Notes under the pieces: generated by a model
Told to the model about the DNA's origin: nothing
What the model saw: only the letters and a program-made list of their open reading frames with translations
Database searches by the model: none
Translations under genes and position numbers: made by a program
Part shown: positions 25,086-32,000 of the stretch, in pieces
How positions within the stretch are numbered: the first letter of the stretch is position 1
Layout: each line of letters opens with the position of its first letter
Source: Aeropyrum pernix K1
Lineage (GTDB): Archaea; Thermoproteota; Thermoprotei_A; Sulfolobales; Acidilobaceae
Length of the DNA: 32,000 nt
Reading direction: 5' to 3'
Assembly: GCF_000011125.1 (NCBI RefSeq)
Contig: NC_000854.2
Location: forward strand, 1,410,001-1,442,000

Positions 25086-26036
25086 ATGGCCGTGCTCGAC
25101 ATCCAGGACCTCAAGGTCCATTACTACACCCTCACGGGCATAGTGAGGGCGGTGGATGGTGTAAGCCTATCCGTGAACAAGGGCGAATGGATCTCAATCG
25201 TGGGGGAGAGTGGTAGCGGCAAGAGCACCCTAGCCCTGAGCATCCCACGCCTGATAATGCCTCCAGGCAGGATTGTAGGGGGGCGTATCCTCTACTCTGG
25301 AGTTGACCTGCTGTCCCTCGCCGGCGAGGAGCTTAGGCGGTACAGAGGCAGGGAGATAGGCATGGTGTTCCAGGACCCTACAGCCTATCTAGACCCCTAC
25401 AGGACTGTGGGGAGCCAGATTGCGGAGTCGCTGCTCGAACATGGCCTGGCTTCCAGCGGCAGCGAGGCCGAGTCCATGGCTGGCGACGCCCTAGAGCTAG
25501 TGGGAATACCCCGGGACAGGGCCTCTGTGTACCCCCACCAGCTCAGCGGGGGGCAGAGGCAGAGGGTGGCTATTGCCGCAGCCGTCGCACTAGAGCCTAA
25601 GATACTCATAGCAGACGAGCCTACTACTGCACTCGACGTGGTGGTCCAGGCCAAGATAATGGATTTGATGAAGAAGCTCCAGGAGGAGCGTGGGCTCACG
25701 GTTATGCTGGTGACACACGATATAGGCCTGGCAGCGGAGTATAGCGACAGGATAGCGGTGATGTACGCGGGGGAGCTGGTGGAGATAGGCCCGGCGGAGG
25801 ACGTCGTATCAAACCCTATCCACCCCTACACCGAGATGCTGATAAAGAGCGTGCCCGACCCGTGGGAGGACAGGGAGGTAAAGCCCATCCCAGGCTCCCC
25901 ACCGGACCTCCGCAACCCGCCGCCCGGCTGCAGGTTCCACCCTCGCTGCCCCCTCAGACAGCCCTTATGCACAAACACTAGGCCGAGCTTGAGGATGGTG
26001 GATGGAGGGAGGGGGCATTCCTGCCTGGTAAGGTAG
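25086..26036 (+). CDS. ABC peptide transporter ATP-binding protein (DppD-like)
   Basis: Walker A GESGSGKST, signature LSGGQRQRV, Walker B ILIADEPTTALD, and a C-terminal oligopeptide-type Cys motif PPGCRFHPRCP. I placed the start at ATG 25086 (MAVLDIQDLKV) rather than the listed TTG 25023, which overlaps dppC. Confidence 0.9.
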   Translation: MAVLDIQDLKVHYYTLTGIVRAVDGVSLSVNKGEWISIVGESGSGKSTLALSIPRLIMPPGRIVGGRILYSGVDLLSLAGEELRRYRGREIGMVFQDPTAYLDPYRTVGSQIAESLLEHGLASSGSEAESMAGDALELVGIPRDRASVYPHQLSGGQRQRVAIAAAVALEPKILIADEPTTALDVVVQAKIMDLMKKLQEERGLTVMLVTHDIGLAAEYSDRIAVMYAGELVEIGPAEDVVSNPIHPYTEMLIKSVPDPWEDREVKPIPGSPPDLRNPPPGCRFHPRCPLRQPLCTNTRPSLRMVDGGRGHSCLVR

Positions 26037-27080
26037 ATGAGGGGTGGCAGTCTCGTGAACGGCGATGGCTATATCGTGAGCATCAGGGGGTTGAAGGTGC
26101 ACTACCCGGTGTATTATAGCCTTCTAAAGCGTATCCTGGGAAGGCCTGACGCCGTCGTCAGGGCTGTCGATGGTGTGGACCTGGGAATAAGGGAGGGCGA
26201 GGTCCTGGCCATAGTTGGGGAGAGCGGGTGCGGGAAGACGACTCTGGGGAAAGCCATAGTGGGTATCGAAGAACCCAGCGATGGCGCCATATACTATAGG
26301 GGTGAGCTGCTCACGCCTCACAGGCTCGCTAGAGATAGGAGGCTCCGTAGGAAGCTGCAGATGGTTTTCCAAGACCCCTACAAGAGCCTCGACCCTCTGA
26401 TGCCCGTGGGAGATCAGGTTGCGGAGCCCCTTGTCATCCACGGGCTAGCCAGAGGCGAGGAAGCAAGGCGGAGAGCCGTTGAGATGCTGGAGACCGTGGG
26501 CCTGACTCCCGGCCGGGAGTTCTACTGGAGAAAGCCGCACCAGCTCAGCGGGGGGCAGAGGCAGAGGGTGGCTATAGCTAGGACCCTGGTGCTGGAGCCC
26601 GAGGTTATAGTTGCTGACGAGCCAGTCTCGATGATAGACGTCTCCATGAGGGCATCCATACTGGATCTTATAATGGACTACCATAGAAGGACAGGGGCTA
26701 CTATAGTACTTATAACTCACGACATAGCGGTGGCAAGAGCGGTCGCGGACAGGATAGCGGTCATGTACCTAGGCAAGATAGTTGAGGTGGGCGAGCCCAG
26801 GAGTGTTATAGAAAATCCTAGGCACCCCTACACGGCAGCCCTGGTGACGTCGACACCCTCTATAAGCAGGAGGAGGCCACCTCGATTCCCCATATCCGGC
26901 GAGGTGCCCAGCGCAGTCGCTATACCCCCCGGCTGCAGGTTCCACCCCCGCTGCCCCCTGGCGAGCAGTTTGTGCCGGAGCCGAGAGCCAGCCCTCGTGG
27001 AGGAGGGTGGCAGGCTCTACGCGTGCCACCACCCTCTGGAGCCGGGGTCTCTATGGAGACAGGCTGAGCAGGCTGCCTAG
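26037..27080 (+). CDS. ABC peptide transporter ATP-binding protein (DppF-like)
   Basis: Walker A GESGCGKTT, signature LSGGQRQRV, Walker B VIVADEPVSMID, and C-terminal PPGCRFHPRCP. Confidence 0.9.
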   Translation: MRGGSLVNGDGYIVSIRGLKVHYPVYYSLLKRILGRPDAVVRAVDGVDLGIREGEVLAIVGESGCGKTTLGKAIVGIEEPSDGAIYYRGELLTPHRLARDRRLRRKLQMVFQDPYKSLDPLMPVGDQVAEPLVIHGLARGEEARRRAVEMLETVGLTPGREFYWRKPHQLSGGQRQRVAIARTLVLEPEVIVADEPVSMIDVSMRASILDLIMDYHRRTGATIVLITHDIAVARAVADRIAVMYLGKIVEVGEPRSVIENPRHPYTAALVTSTPSISRRRPPRFPISGEVPSAVAIPPGCRFHPRCPLASSLCRSREPALVEEGGRLYACHHPLEPGSLWRQAEQAA

Positions 27081-27109
27081 TTTATACCAGTGCACACGCC
27101 CTTACAGAG

Positions 27110-28003
27110 GTGGTGTCTAGCTCTTTGAGCCTAACTACATTAGCCGGCGGCACACTACTCCTCAAAGGAAGCCCCTCCACCCTCTTCTATAAGCACGGTA
27201 GGACCCTGTTCATAGTGGACCCTGGCCACGGGAGGAAAAGGGCTAAACAGATATCCAAGGCTGCAGAGAAGCTGGGCGGGGAGGCTGTAGCCATAATCAC
27301 CCACTTCCACAGCGACCACCTCTCAACCCTCTACCAGGGCTTCCAGCCCTCAACGGCTCTAGCCCCCGTGAAAGACCTGGCCATGGTCCAGGACAGGGTT
27401 ATGAGGCTGCACTATACCTTCGGCTACCCCTTCACGGGTGCCGAGGACTACCTGCTCTTCAAGGCCGAAGACGTTGATAACGTGGAGCCGCTTGAGGCGG
27501 AGAGGATTAAGCCCCTGAGGCTGGTGCCCTTACCCGGTCACACACCCGGCCAGACGGGGGTTGAGACGCCTGACGGCGTGCTCTACGCGGCCGACTCTAT
27601 ATTTGGAGAAAGAGTGCTGCAGACGTACGCCGTCCCGTACCACTCCAACCCCTGCCAAGCCCTGGAGACCCTAACTAGACTCCGTGACAGGGTAAACAGG
27701 CTGGAAGTCATTGTGCCTAGCCATGGCAAACCTGTGAAGGGTGAGGAGGCTGAGAGGCTCCTGGAGATGAACATAGAACGGCTGGAAGACGCCTGGACGG
27801 CTCTTACAGAGGAGTTGTCGAGGGCTCCGGCATCAGTGGGGCTTCTAGCATCAACGCTGATGAAGAGGTATGGGGCGGAAGCCACGCCTACCCTCGCCAT
27901 ACTAGTCGAGACCGCTGTAAGAGGCTACATAGGATGCCACGGGGCCGAGCTGGAGCCTATTCTTGAGAGTGGCGTGGTTAAGTGGAGGGTTAGAAGGCGG
28001 TAA
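27110..28003 (+). CDS. metallo-beta-lactamase-fold hydrolase
   Basis: The HxHxDH motif appears as ITHFHSDHL, with a downstream LPGHTPG histidine block. Size is about 297 aa. Confidence 0.8.
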   Translation: MVSSSLSLTTLAGGTLLLKGSPSTLFYKHGRTLFIVDPGHGRKRAKQISKAAEKLGGEAVAIITHFHSDHLSTLYQGFQPSTALAPVKDLAMVQDRVMRLHYTFGYPFTGAEDYLLFKAEDVDNVEPLEAERIKPLRLVPLPGHTPGQTGVETPDGVLYAADSIFGERVLQTYAVPYHSNPCQALETLTRLRDRVNRLEVIVPSHGKPVKGEEAERLLEMNIERLEDAWTALTEELSRAPASVGLLASTLMKRYGAEATPTLAILVETAVRGYIGCHGAELEPILESGVVKWRVRRR

Positions 28004-28083
28004 GGCACCGTTTACCCAAACCGTGCCTTCATGTAACAAATTATGGCAGGTTGTGTCGGGCACGGCTGGGTTCATCACGGTCT

Positions 28084-28135
28084 CCCCGGGGCTGCCTACG
28101 GAAGCCCCTGGGGGCTTCCCTCGGGAACCCCGGGG
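28084..28135. repeat. 52-nt GC-rich near-palindrome (nested stems)
   Basis: CCCCGGGG at 28084..28091 and 28128..28135 flanks GGAAGCCCC-TG-GGGGCTTCC (28100..28119). The only ORFs across it are mirror-image artefacts on the two strands. Confidence 0.6.
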
Positions 28136-28219
28136 TCACCGGGTTAGGTTTATGAACTTCAAGCCTTAAAGTTTTGTTGGGGATTCCCCAATATGAGCTA
28201 CATAACGAAGAGATATGGC

Positions 28220-28250
28220 TTAGATAGGCATTCAACATCAGCCTATCTAA
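28220..28250. repeat. perfect 10-bp inverted repeat with 11-nt spacer
   Basis: TTAGATAGGC (28220..28229) and GCCTATCTAA (28241..28250). Confidence 0.7.
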
Positions 28251-28270
28251 TAGCTCTACGCGGTATAGAA

Positions 28271-28298
28271 AGATACAGTCAGATACAGAAAGTTACAG
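28271..28298 (+). repeat. three 10-bp-phased copies of AGWTACAG
   Basis: AGATACAG at 28271, AGATACAG at 28281 and AGTTACAG at 28291, spaced one helical turn apart. They lie about 80-100 nt upstream of the putative decarboxylase TATA element. Confidence 0.6.
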
Positions 28299-28373
28299 CT
28301 TAGTTTTTCTGCCCCAGCTGGGGGCTCCCAGCCGGACACTCAAGAGCAAATACATGCTGCGTAAAGTAGCATC

Positions 28374-28380
28374 TTTATTA
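28374..28380 (+). promoter_or_regulatory. TATA-like element (TTTATTA) upstream of the decarboxylase gene
   Basis: It lies 47-53 nt upstream of TTG 28427. Confidence 0.3.
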
Positions 28381-28426
28381 GGAACAGGGTCTAGTTTGAA
28401 TGCCAGTGTGACAACGGTGGTACCAG

Positions 28427-29806
28427 TTGTCCAGCGGGAGAGTGGAGGAAGTTGTGAAAAGGCTTGCCGAGATAAGGGCGATGGACGCTAGAGGAGAGGG
28501 CGGCAGGCTCTTCACATACCTCTACGAGACGGGAGACCCAGGCGTGAAGGAGGTTTCCCTCAGAGCCTTTGAAATGTTTCTAGACACCAATGCCCTAGAC
28601 CCGACGGTGTTCAAGAGCGCCTTGTTCTTCGAGAGGGAGCTAGTCTCCTTCGCCTCAAGCCTCGCTGGAGGTGTTGAAGGCGTTGTCGGCACAGTGACCT
28701 ATGGAGGCACGGAGAGCATAATACTGGCGGCTATGGCCGCGAGGGAATGGTATAGATCCCTGGGTGGCTCTCGGACTCCCGGTATCGTGGCACCCCAAAC
28801 CGTCCACCCTTCAGTGAGGAAGGCTGCACGCTACCTGGGTATGAGGCTATCTATAGCCCCTGTAGACCCGGGGTCTAAGAGGGTCGACATTGACAGCCTC
28901 GTATCGCTGGTAGACGATCGTACCGCCATGGTTGTCGTCTCGGCCCCAAACTACCCTTACGGCACTGTCGACGATGTTAGGAGCGTTGCCGAAGCCCTGT
29001 CCAGCCAGAGGGTGTGGCTCCACGTGGACGCCTGCGTAGGAGGCTTCATACTACCCTTCATGAGGGAGCTAGGCCTGTACAGTGGGGCGTTCGCCTTTGA
29101 CGTCGAGGGGGTATACTCTGTGTCAATGGACCTGCACAAGTACGGCTACTCGCCTAAAGGAGCTTCAGTGCTTCTATTTAGGGACGGGAGCCTGAAGAAA
29201 CACAGCATATTCGCCGACCTCAGGTGGCCCGGGTATCCCTTTATAAACACAACAGTCTTATCCTCGAGGAGCGTCGCGCCCTTAGCGGCCGCCTGGGCCG
29301 TCACAAACTATCTGGGCCGTAGGGGGTATCTAGAGCTTGCCAGAAAGGCTGTCGAAGCTAGAGACGAGATAATGCGGGGTCTAGAGTCTATCGGCTTCAG
29401 GAGCCTAGCCCCTATAGAGTCGACAATACTCTCAGTAGCTCTCGACGATCCCGCGGATACTCTGAGATTCCATGCTAACATGTCTAGAAGAGGCTGGATA
29501 CTCGGGCTACAGCCCGGTGTGGAAGGTTTAGCCCCGCCGAACATACATTTGACGATATCCCCTATCCACAAGCTCGTGTCACCCCAGTTCCTAGGGGACG
29601 CCAGGGCCTCTTCCAGCGAGCCGCTTCCTAAGGAGCTGGAGGAGGCATGGCGCCTCCTAGAGAGTAGGGGGCCTCTGGAGCTGGCTGGTATGATAGGGAG
29701 GACCCAGTACGACCAGGTCATCATAGCGTGGATCCTCTCCTCGATACCGCCGGACTTGGCTGAGGACCTCGCCAGAGAGCTTACTGTAGAGGTGTATCGA
29801 GGTTGA
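28427..29806 (+). CDS. PLP-dependent group II decarboxylase family protein (sphingosine-1-phosphate-lyase/GadB-like clade)
   Basis: The PLP-lysine motif SMDLHKYGYSPKGASVLLFR and the GGTESIILA block are present. Size is 459 aa. Confidence 0.8.
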   Translation: MSSGRVEEVVKRLAEIRAMDARGEGGRLFTYLYETGDPGVKEVSLRAFEMFLDTNALDPTVFKSALFFERELVSFASSLAGGVEGVVGTVTYGGTESIILAAMAAREWYRSLGGSRTPGIVAPQTVHPSVRKAARYLGMRLSIAPVDPGSKRVDIDSLVSLVDDRTAMVVVSAPNYPYGTVDDVRSVAEALSSQRVWLHVDACVGGFILPFMRELGLYSGAFAFDVEGVYSVSMDLHKYGYSPKGASVLLFRDGSLKKHSIFADLRWPGYPFINTTVLSSRSVAPLAAAWAVTNYLGRRGYLELARKAVEARDEIMRGLESIGFRSLAPIESTILSVALDDPADTLRFHANMSRRGWILGLQPGVEGLAPPNIHLTISPIHKLVSPQFLGDARASSSEPLPKELEEAWRLLESRGPLELAGMIGRTQYDQVIIAWILSSIPPDLAEDLARELTVEVYRG

Positions 29807-30951
29807 GGCGCTCCCTGCTCCTCGCAGGCCTAGCCCTCTCCGTGTTCTCGAGCCAGGCGATATGGGTCACCTACTCTCCTGTGACGAGCCTTGTAGCCGA
29901 GGATCTGGACGTATCTAAGGAAGAGGTTGGCCTCCTAGCTATAGTCTACCCCGCGGCCTTCCTAGCGCTTACAATCCCTAGCGGCGTGCTTCTAGACAGG
30001 GCTTTCAGGACCTGGCTTACCGTGGGCGTGCTTCTTACAGGGGCTGCGGGCGTTCTGAGGCTTCTAGACCCCCTCAGCTACGAGTGGCTGCTGGCATGCC
30101 AGGTCCTCGCTGCACTGGGCCAGCCCCTACTACTCAACTCCTTCGCCCCCGCAGCATCAACAATCAGGCCAGAGCGTAGGGATACCGTGGTCTCGCTCCT
30201 AAGTTTCGCCATGTACCTGGGAATCATATACGCCCTAGGAACAGGCTACTACATCTACACCAGGCTCGGCCTCCAATGGTTAAACATACCTATCGCAGCT
30301 GTATCGGCAGCCAGTGTAATACTGTATGTAGCAGGTCTACCAGCATTACCTCAGCAGGCGGGGTCAGGTCTCGGTTTCAAGGATGTGGTGTCAGAGTTTA
30401 GACTATTGGCTGGCAGGAGGGATCTATGGCTTCTCGGCCTAATACTAGGCTTGGGTGTGGCACTGTTCGACAACATGTCGATATGGCTTGAGGCCGCGCT
30501 GTCACCGAAGGGACTGGGAGACATAGCTGGCAGCTCTGTAGCCTTAGCACTCTTGGCAGGCCTGGTGGGCGTTGCGGTCATACCCCCCAGGGTTGTTAGG
30601 GTTGGGTTAAGATCGTGGTACATCAGGGCGGCGGCGCTACTAGTAGCCGTATTATACCTAGCCTTAGCACTGGAGACGAGCAGGCTAGCAGTGCAAACTT
30701 TGATCCCGCTGGCGGGGCTTGTCATGCTCCCCGCATACCCAGTGATAATGGAGTGGATATCAACCTACTACGATAAGCGGCTCCAGGGCAAAGCTGCAGG
30801 GGCCATAGGGTTCGTGAGCAGGATCCTCACAGTATCCCTCGCATCGGCCGCTACACTATTCCTCTCTAGCCCCTCAGCCTACTTCACATTCCTAGCAGTA
30901 CTTTCAACAATAGCATTTGCCATAGCCCTTCTACTCCCCTCAGACCGCTGA
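29803..30951 (+). CDS. MFS-type transporter
   Basis: 382 aa with roughly 10-12 hydrophobic segments. The start TTG overlaps the decarboxylase stop codon (TTGA). Confidence 0.7.
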   Translation: MRRSLLLAGLALSVFSSQAIWVTYSPVTSLVAEDLDVSKEEVGLLAIVYPAAFLALTIPSGVLLDRAFRTWLTVGVLLTGAAGVLRLLDPLSYEWLLACQVLAALGQPLLLNSFAPAASTIRPERRDTVVSLLSFAMYLGIIYALGTGYYIYTRLGLQWLNIPIAAVSAASVILYVAGLPALPQQAGSGLGFKDVVSEFRLLAGRRDLWLLGLILGLGVALFDNMSIWLEAALSPKGLGDIAGSSVALALLAGLVGVAVIPPRVVRVGLRSWYIRAAALLVAVLYLALALETSRLAVQTLIPLAGLVMLPAYPVIMEWISTYYDKRLQGKAAGAIGFVSRILTVSLASAATLFLSSPSAYFTFLAVLSTIAFAIALLLPSDR

Positions 30952-30997
30952 AAAACGGTATGGGAAAGTTTTGGCACGCTCCTGCCGTTCCCTAACC

Positions 30998-31996
30998 TTA
31001 TTTGAGGAGCAGCCTTAAGACCGCTGCAGCCACGACAAGTGCAGCCAGCACTATAATTAGAGTGCGCGTGTCCAGCCCGAGGACGCTCCATATCGATGTT
31101 GTTACCGTGGATAGCGTCTTGGTTATTGTACCTATCGTTGCCGTATACGTTCCCACTTCGGTAAAAGTCTCTGTCTTGGTAACTGTTGCTGTTGCACCTC
31201 CTGTTACAGTCGATGTTACAGTTCTATAGCTTGTACTCGTCTCTGTTACAACCACAGTAGATGTTGAGCCTGCACCGCCTCCGGAGGCTCCACTTCCTGG
31301 TTCTTCTCCAGAGAGAATTTTCTGGATATCACTGCTAGAGAGGTAGATGAGGGCGTAGTTGTTGGAGAAGCTTAGCTCAGCGCCACCACCCTCCACAGCT
31401 ATGTATGCAACAAGGTCCTCGCCGGTATATCCCGAGTCAGGGAGGCTCAGCTCGACTCCTATAGTGTAAGTCCGTTTATCGCTCACGGCCAGGGGTGTAT
31501 CGTAGATGGCGGAAGCGCTGTAGACAGGGGTCTCCTCGTTGCTCCCGAGGAGCATAGCCCATATGAGCAGGTCATCCGTCATGTCGGCGTCTCCCATGTT
31601 GAAAACTTCTACGTCAGCCTCAATCACAATAGTAGGGCCCTCCTTGACAGCATAGCTGGTGTTCAGGAGCGTTAGAGCTGGGTCTGGAGGGTCTGTTGTC
31701 ATGCCTTTGGTCTTCAAGCCTCCAGCCGAAGTCACGGGCGCGCCCTTCCCGTCTAGGTCGAAAACAATTATCGGCGGCATCTTGGGCGACGACACTATGG
31801 GGGGTAACGCGGATATCTCCTTCTCGATAAGCCTCTTGAGGTGCGTCATAACCTTGGGGTCAGCCTCAAACTTGAACCACTTCCACGCAGGGTCGCTACC
31901 CTTGACGAGCTTCGAAGAGAGCGTAGAGAGTGCTGGATCTGAGGAGCTGGCGTAGAGTCTCGGCGTCCTCTTCAGTATGTTGCAAACCTCTAGCAT
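30998..31996 (-). CDS. surface protein with Thr-rich stalk and C-terminal TM anchor; N-terminus probably beyond the window
   Basis: C-terminal GSTSTVVVTETSTSYRTVTSTVTGGATATVTKTETFTEVGTYTATIGTITKTLSTVTT is followed by LIIVLAALVVAAAVLRLLLK. No signal peptide follows the listed Met, and the frame stays open to nt 31999. Confidence 0.6.
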   Translation of the reverse strand: MLEVCNILKRTPRLYASSSDPALSTLSSKLVKGSDPAWKWFKFEADPKVMTHLKRLIEKEISALPPIVSSPKMPPIIVFDLDGKGAPVTSAGGLKTKGMTTDPPDPALTLLNTSYAVKEGPTIVIEADVEVFNMGDADMTDDLLIWAMLLGSNEETPVYSASAIYDTPLAVSDKRTYTIGVELSLPDSGYTGEDLVAYIAVEGGGAELSFSNNYALIYLSSSDIQKILSGEEPGSGASGGGAGSTSTVVVTETSTSYRTVTSTVTGGATATVTKTETFTEVGTYTATIGTITKTLSTVTTSIWSVLGLDTRTLIIVLAALVVAAAVLRLLLK

Positions 31997-32000
31997 GTCC

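Noticed and set aside
27963-28238. Two overlapping ORFs on opposite strands (27963..28169 +, 28041..28238 -).
   Set aside because: Both are kept open only by the GC-rich palindrome. Their translations mirror each other (…PRGFPREPRG… on both strands), and no start context is present.
1-32000. Search for a CRISPR array or cas genes to go with the CARF gene, and for IS elements or transposases.
   Set aside because: By eye I found no regularly spaced 24-40-nt repeats, no cas-like ORFs, and no transposase- or integrase-like ORFs. A computational repeat search would be needed to be certain.

Overview
The window reads as chromosomal DNA of a high-G+C aerobic hyperthermophilic crenarchaeon, very probably Aeropyrum pernix. 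From memory, not a search: the 359-aa product of 8407..9486 matches the structurally characterised A. pernix zinc alcohol dehydrogenase, and 20398..21366 looks like the name-giving member of the 'APE2256' CARF family. Gene order, left to right: (i) accessory genes of a molybdenum-hydroxylase/CO-dehydrogenase-type cluster: CoxE-like VWA protein (5' truncated by the window edge), MocA-like nucleotidyltransferase, CoxG, XdhC/CoxI. (ii) A tightly overlapping minus-strand cassette: RadA/RadB-like protein without a P-loop, an 86-aa helical ORF, and a PolB2-type family-B DNA polymerase without recognisable exonuclease motifs. (iii) A visibly lower-G+C block (about 6.8-12.7 kb) that ends at the 3' end of tRNA-His(GUG). 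It holds two membrane-anchored hypotheticals, about 0.9 kb without ORFs, adh, an amidohydrolase, a DUF59 protein, a small membrane protein and an interrupted ORF. (iv) Housekeeping genes: DUF488, 3-methyladenine glycosylase, aminotransferase, a hypothetical protein and a small C2H2 zinc-finger protein. (v) A sugar-type ABC operon with a binding protein and two permeases but no ATPase. (vi) A very AT-rich pocket with a stand-alone CARF gene and no CRISPR array or cas genes in the window. (vii) A complete Dpp/Opp-type peptide ABC operon (binding protein, two permeases, two ATPases) followed by a metallo-beta-lactamase-fold gene. (viii) A 423-nt structured intergenic region. (ix) A translationally coupled PLP-decarboxylase/MFS pair. 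(x) A Thr-rich, C-terminally anchored surface protein that runs into the window edge. Most other ORFs in the six-frame track are antisense or out-of-frame artefacts of the high G+C content. I consider the RadB-like/small ORF/PolB2 cassette the most interesting candidate for an undescribed system (a possible archaeal damage-tolerance polymerase complex). The orphan CARF gene and the non-coding structured regions come next.
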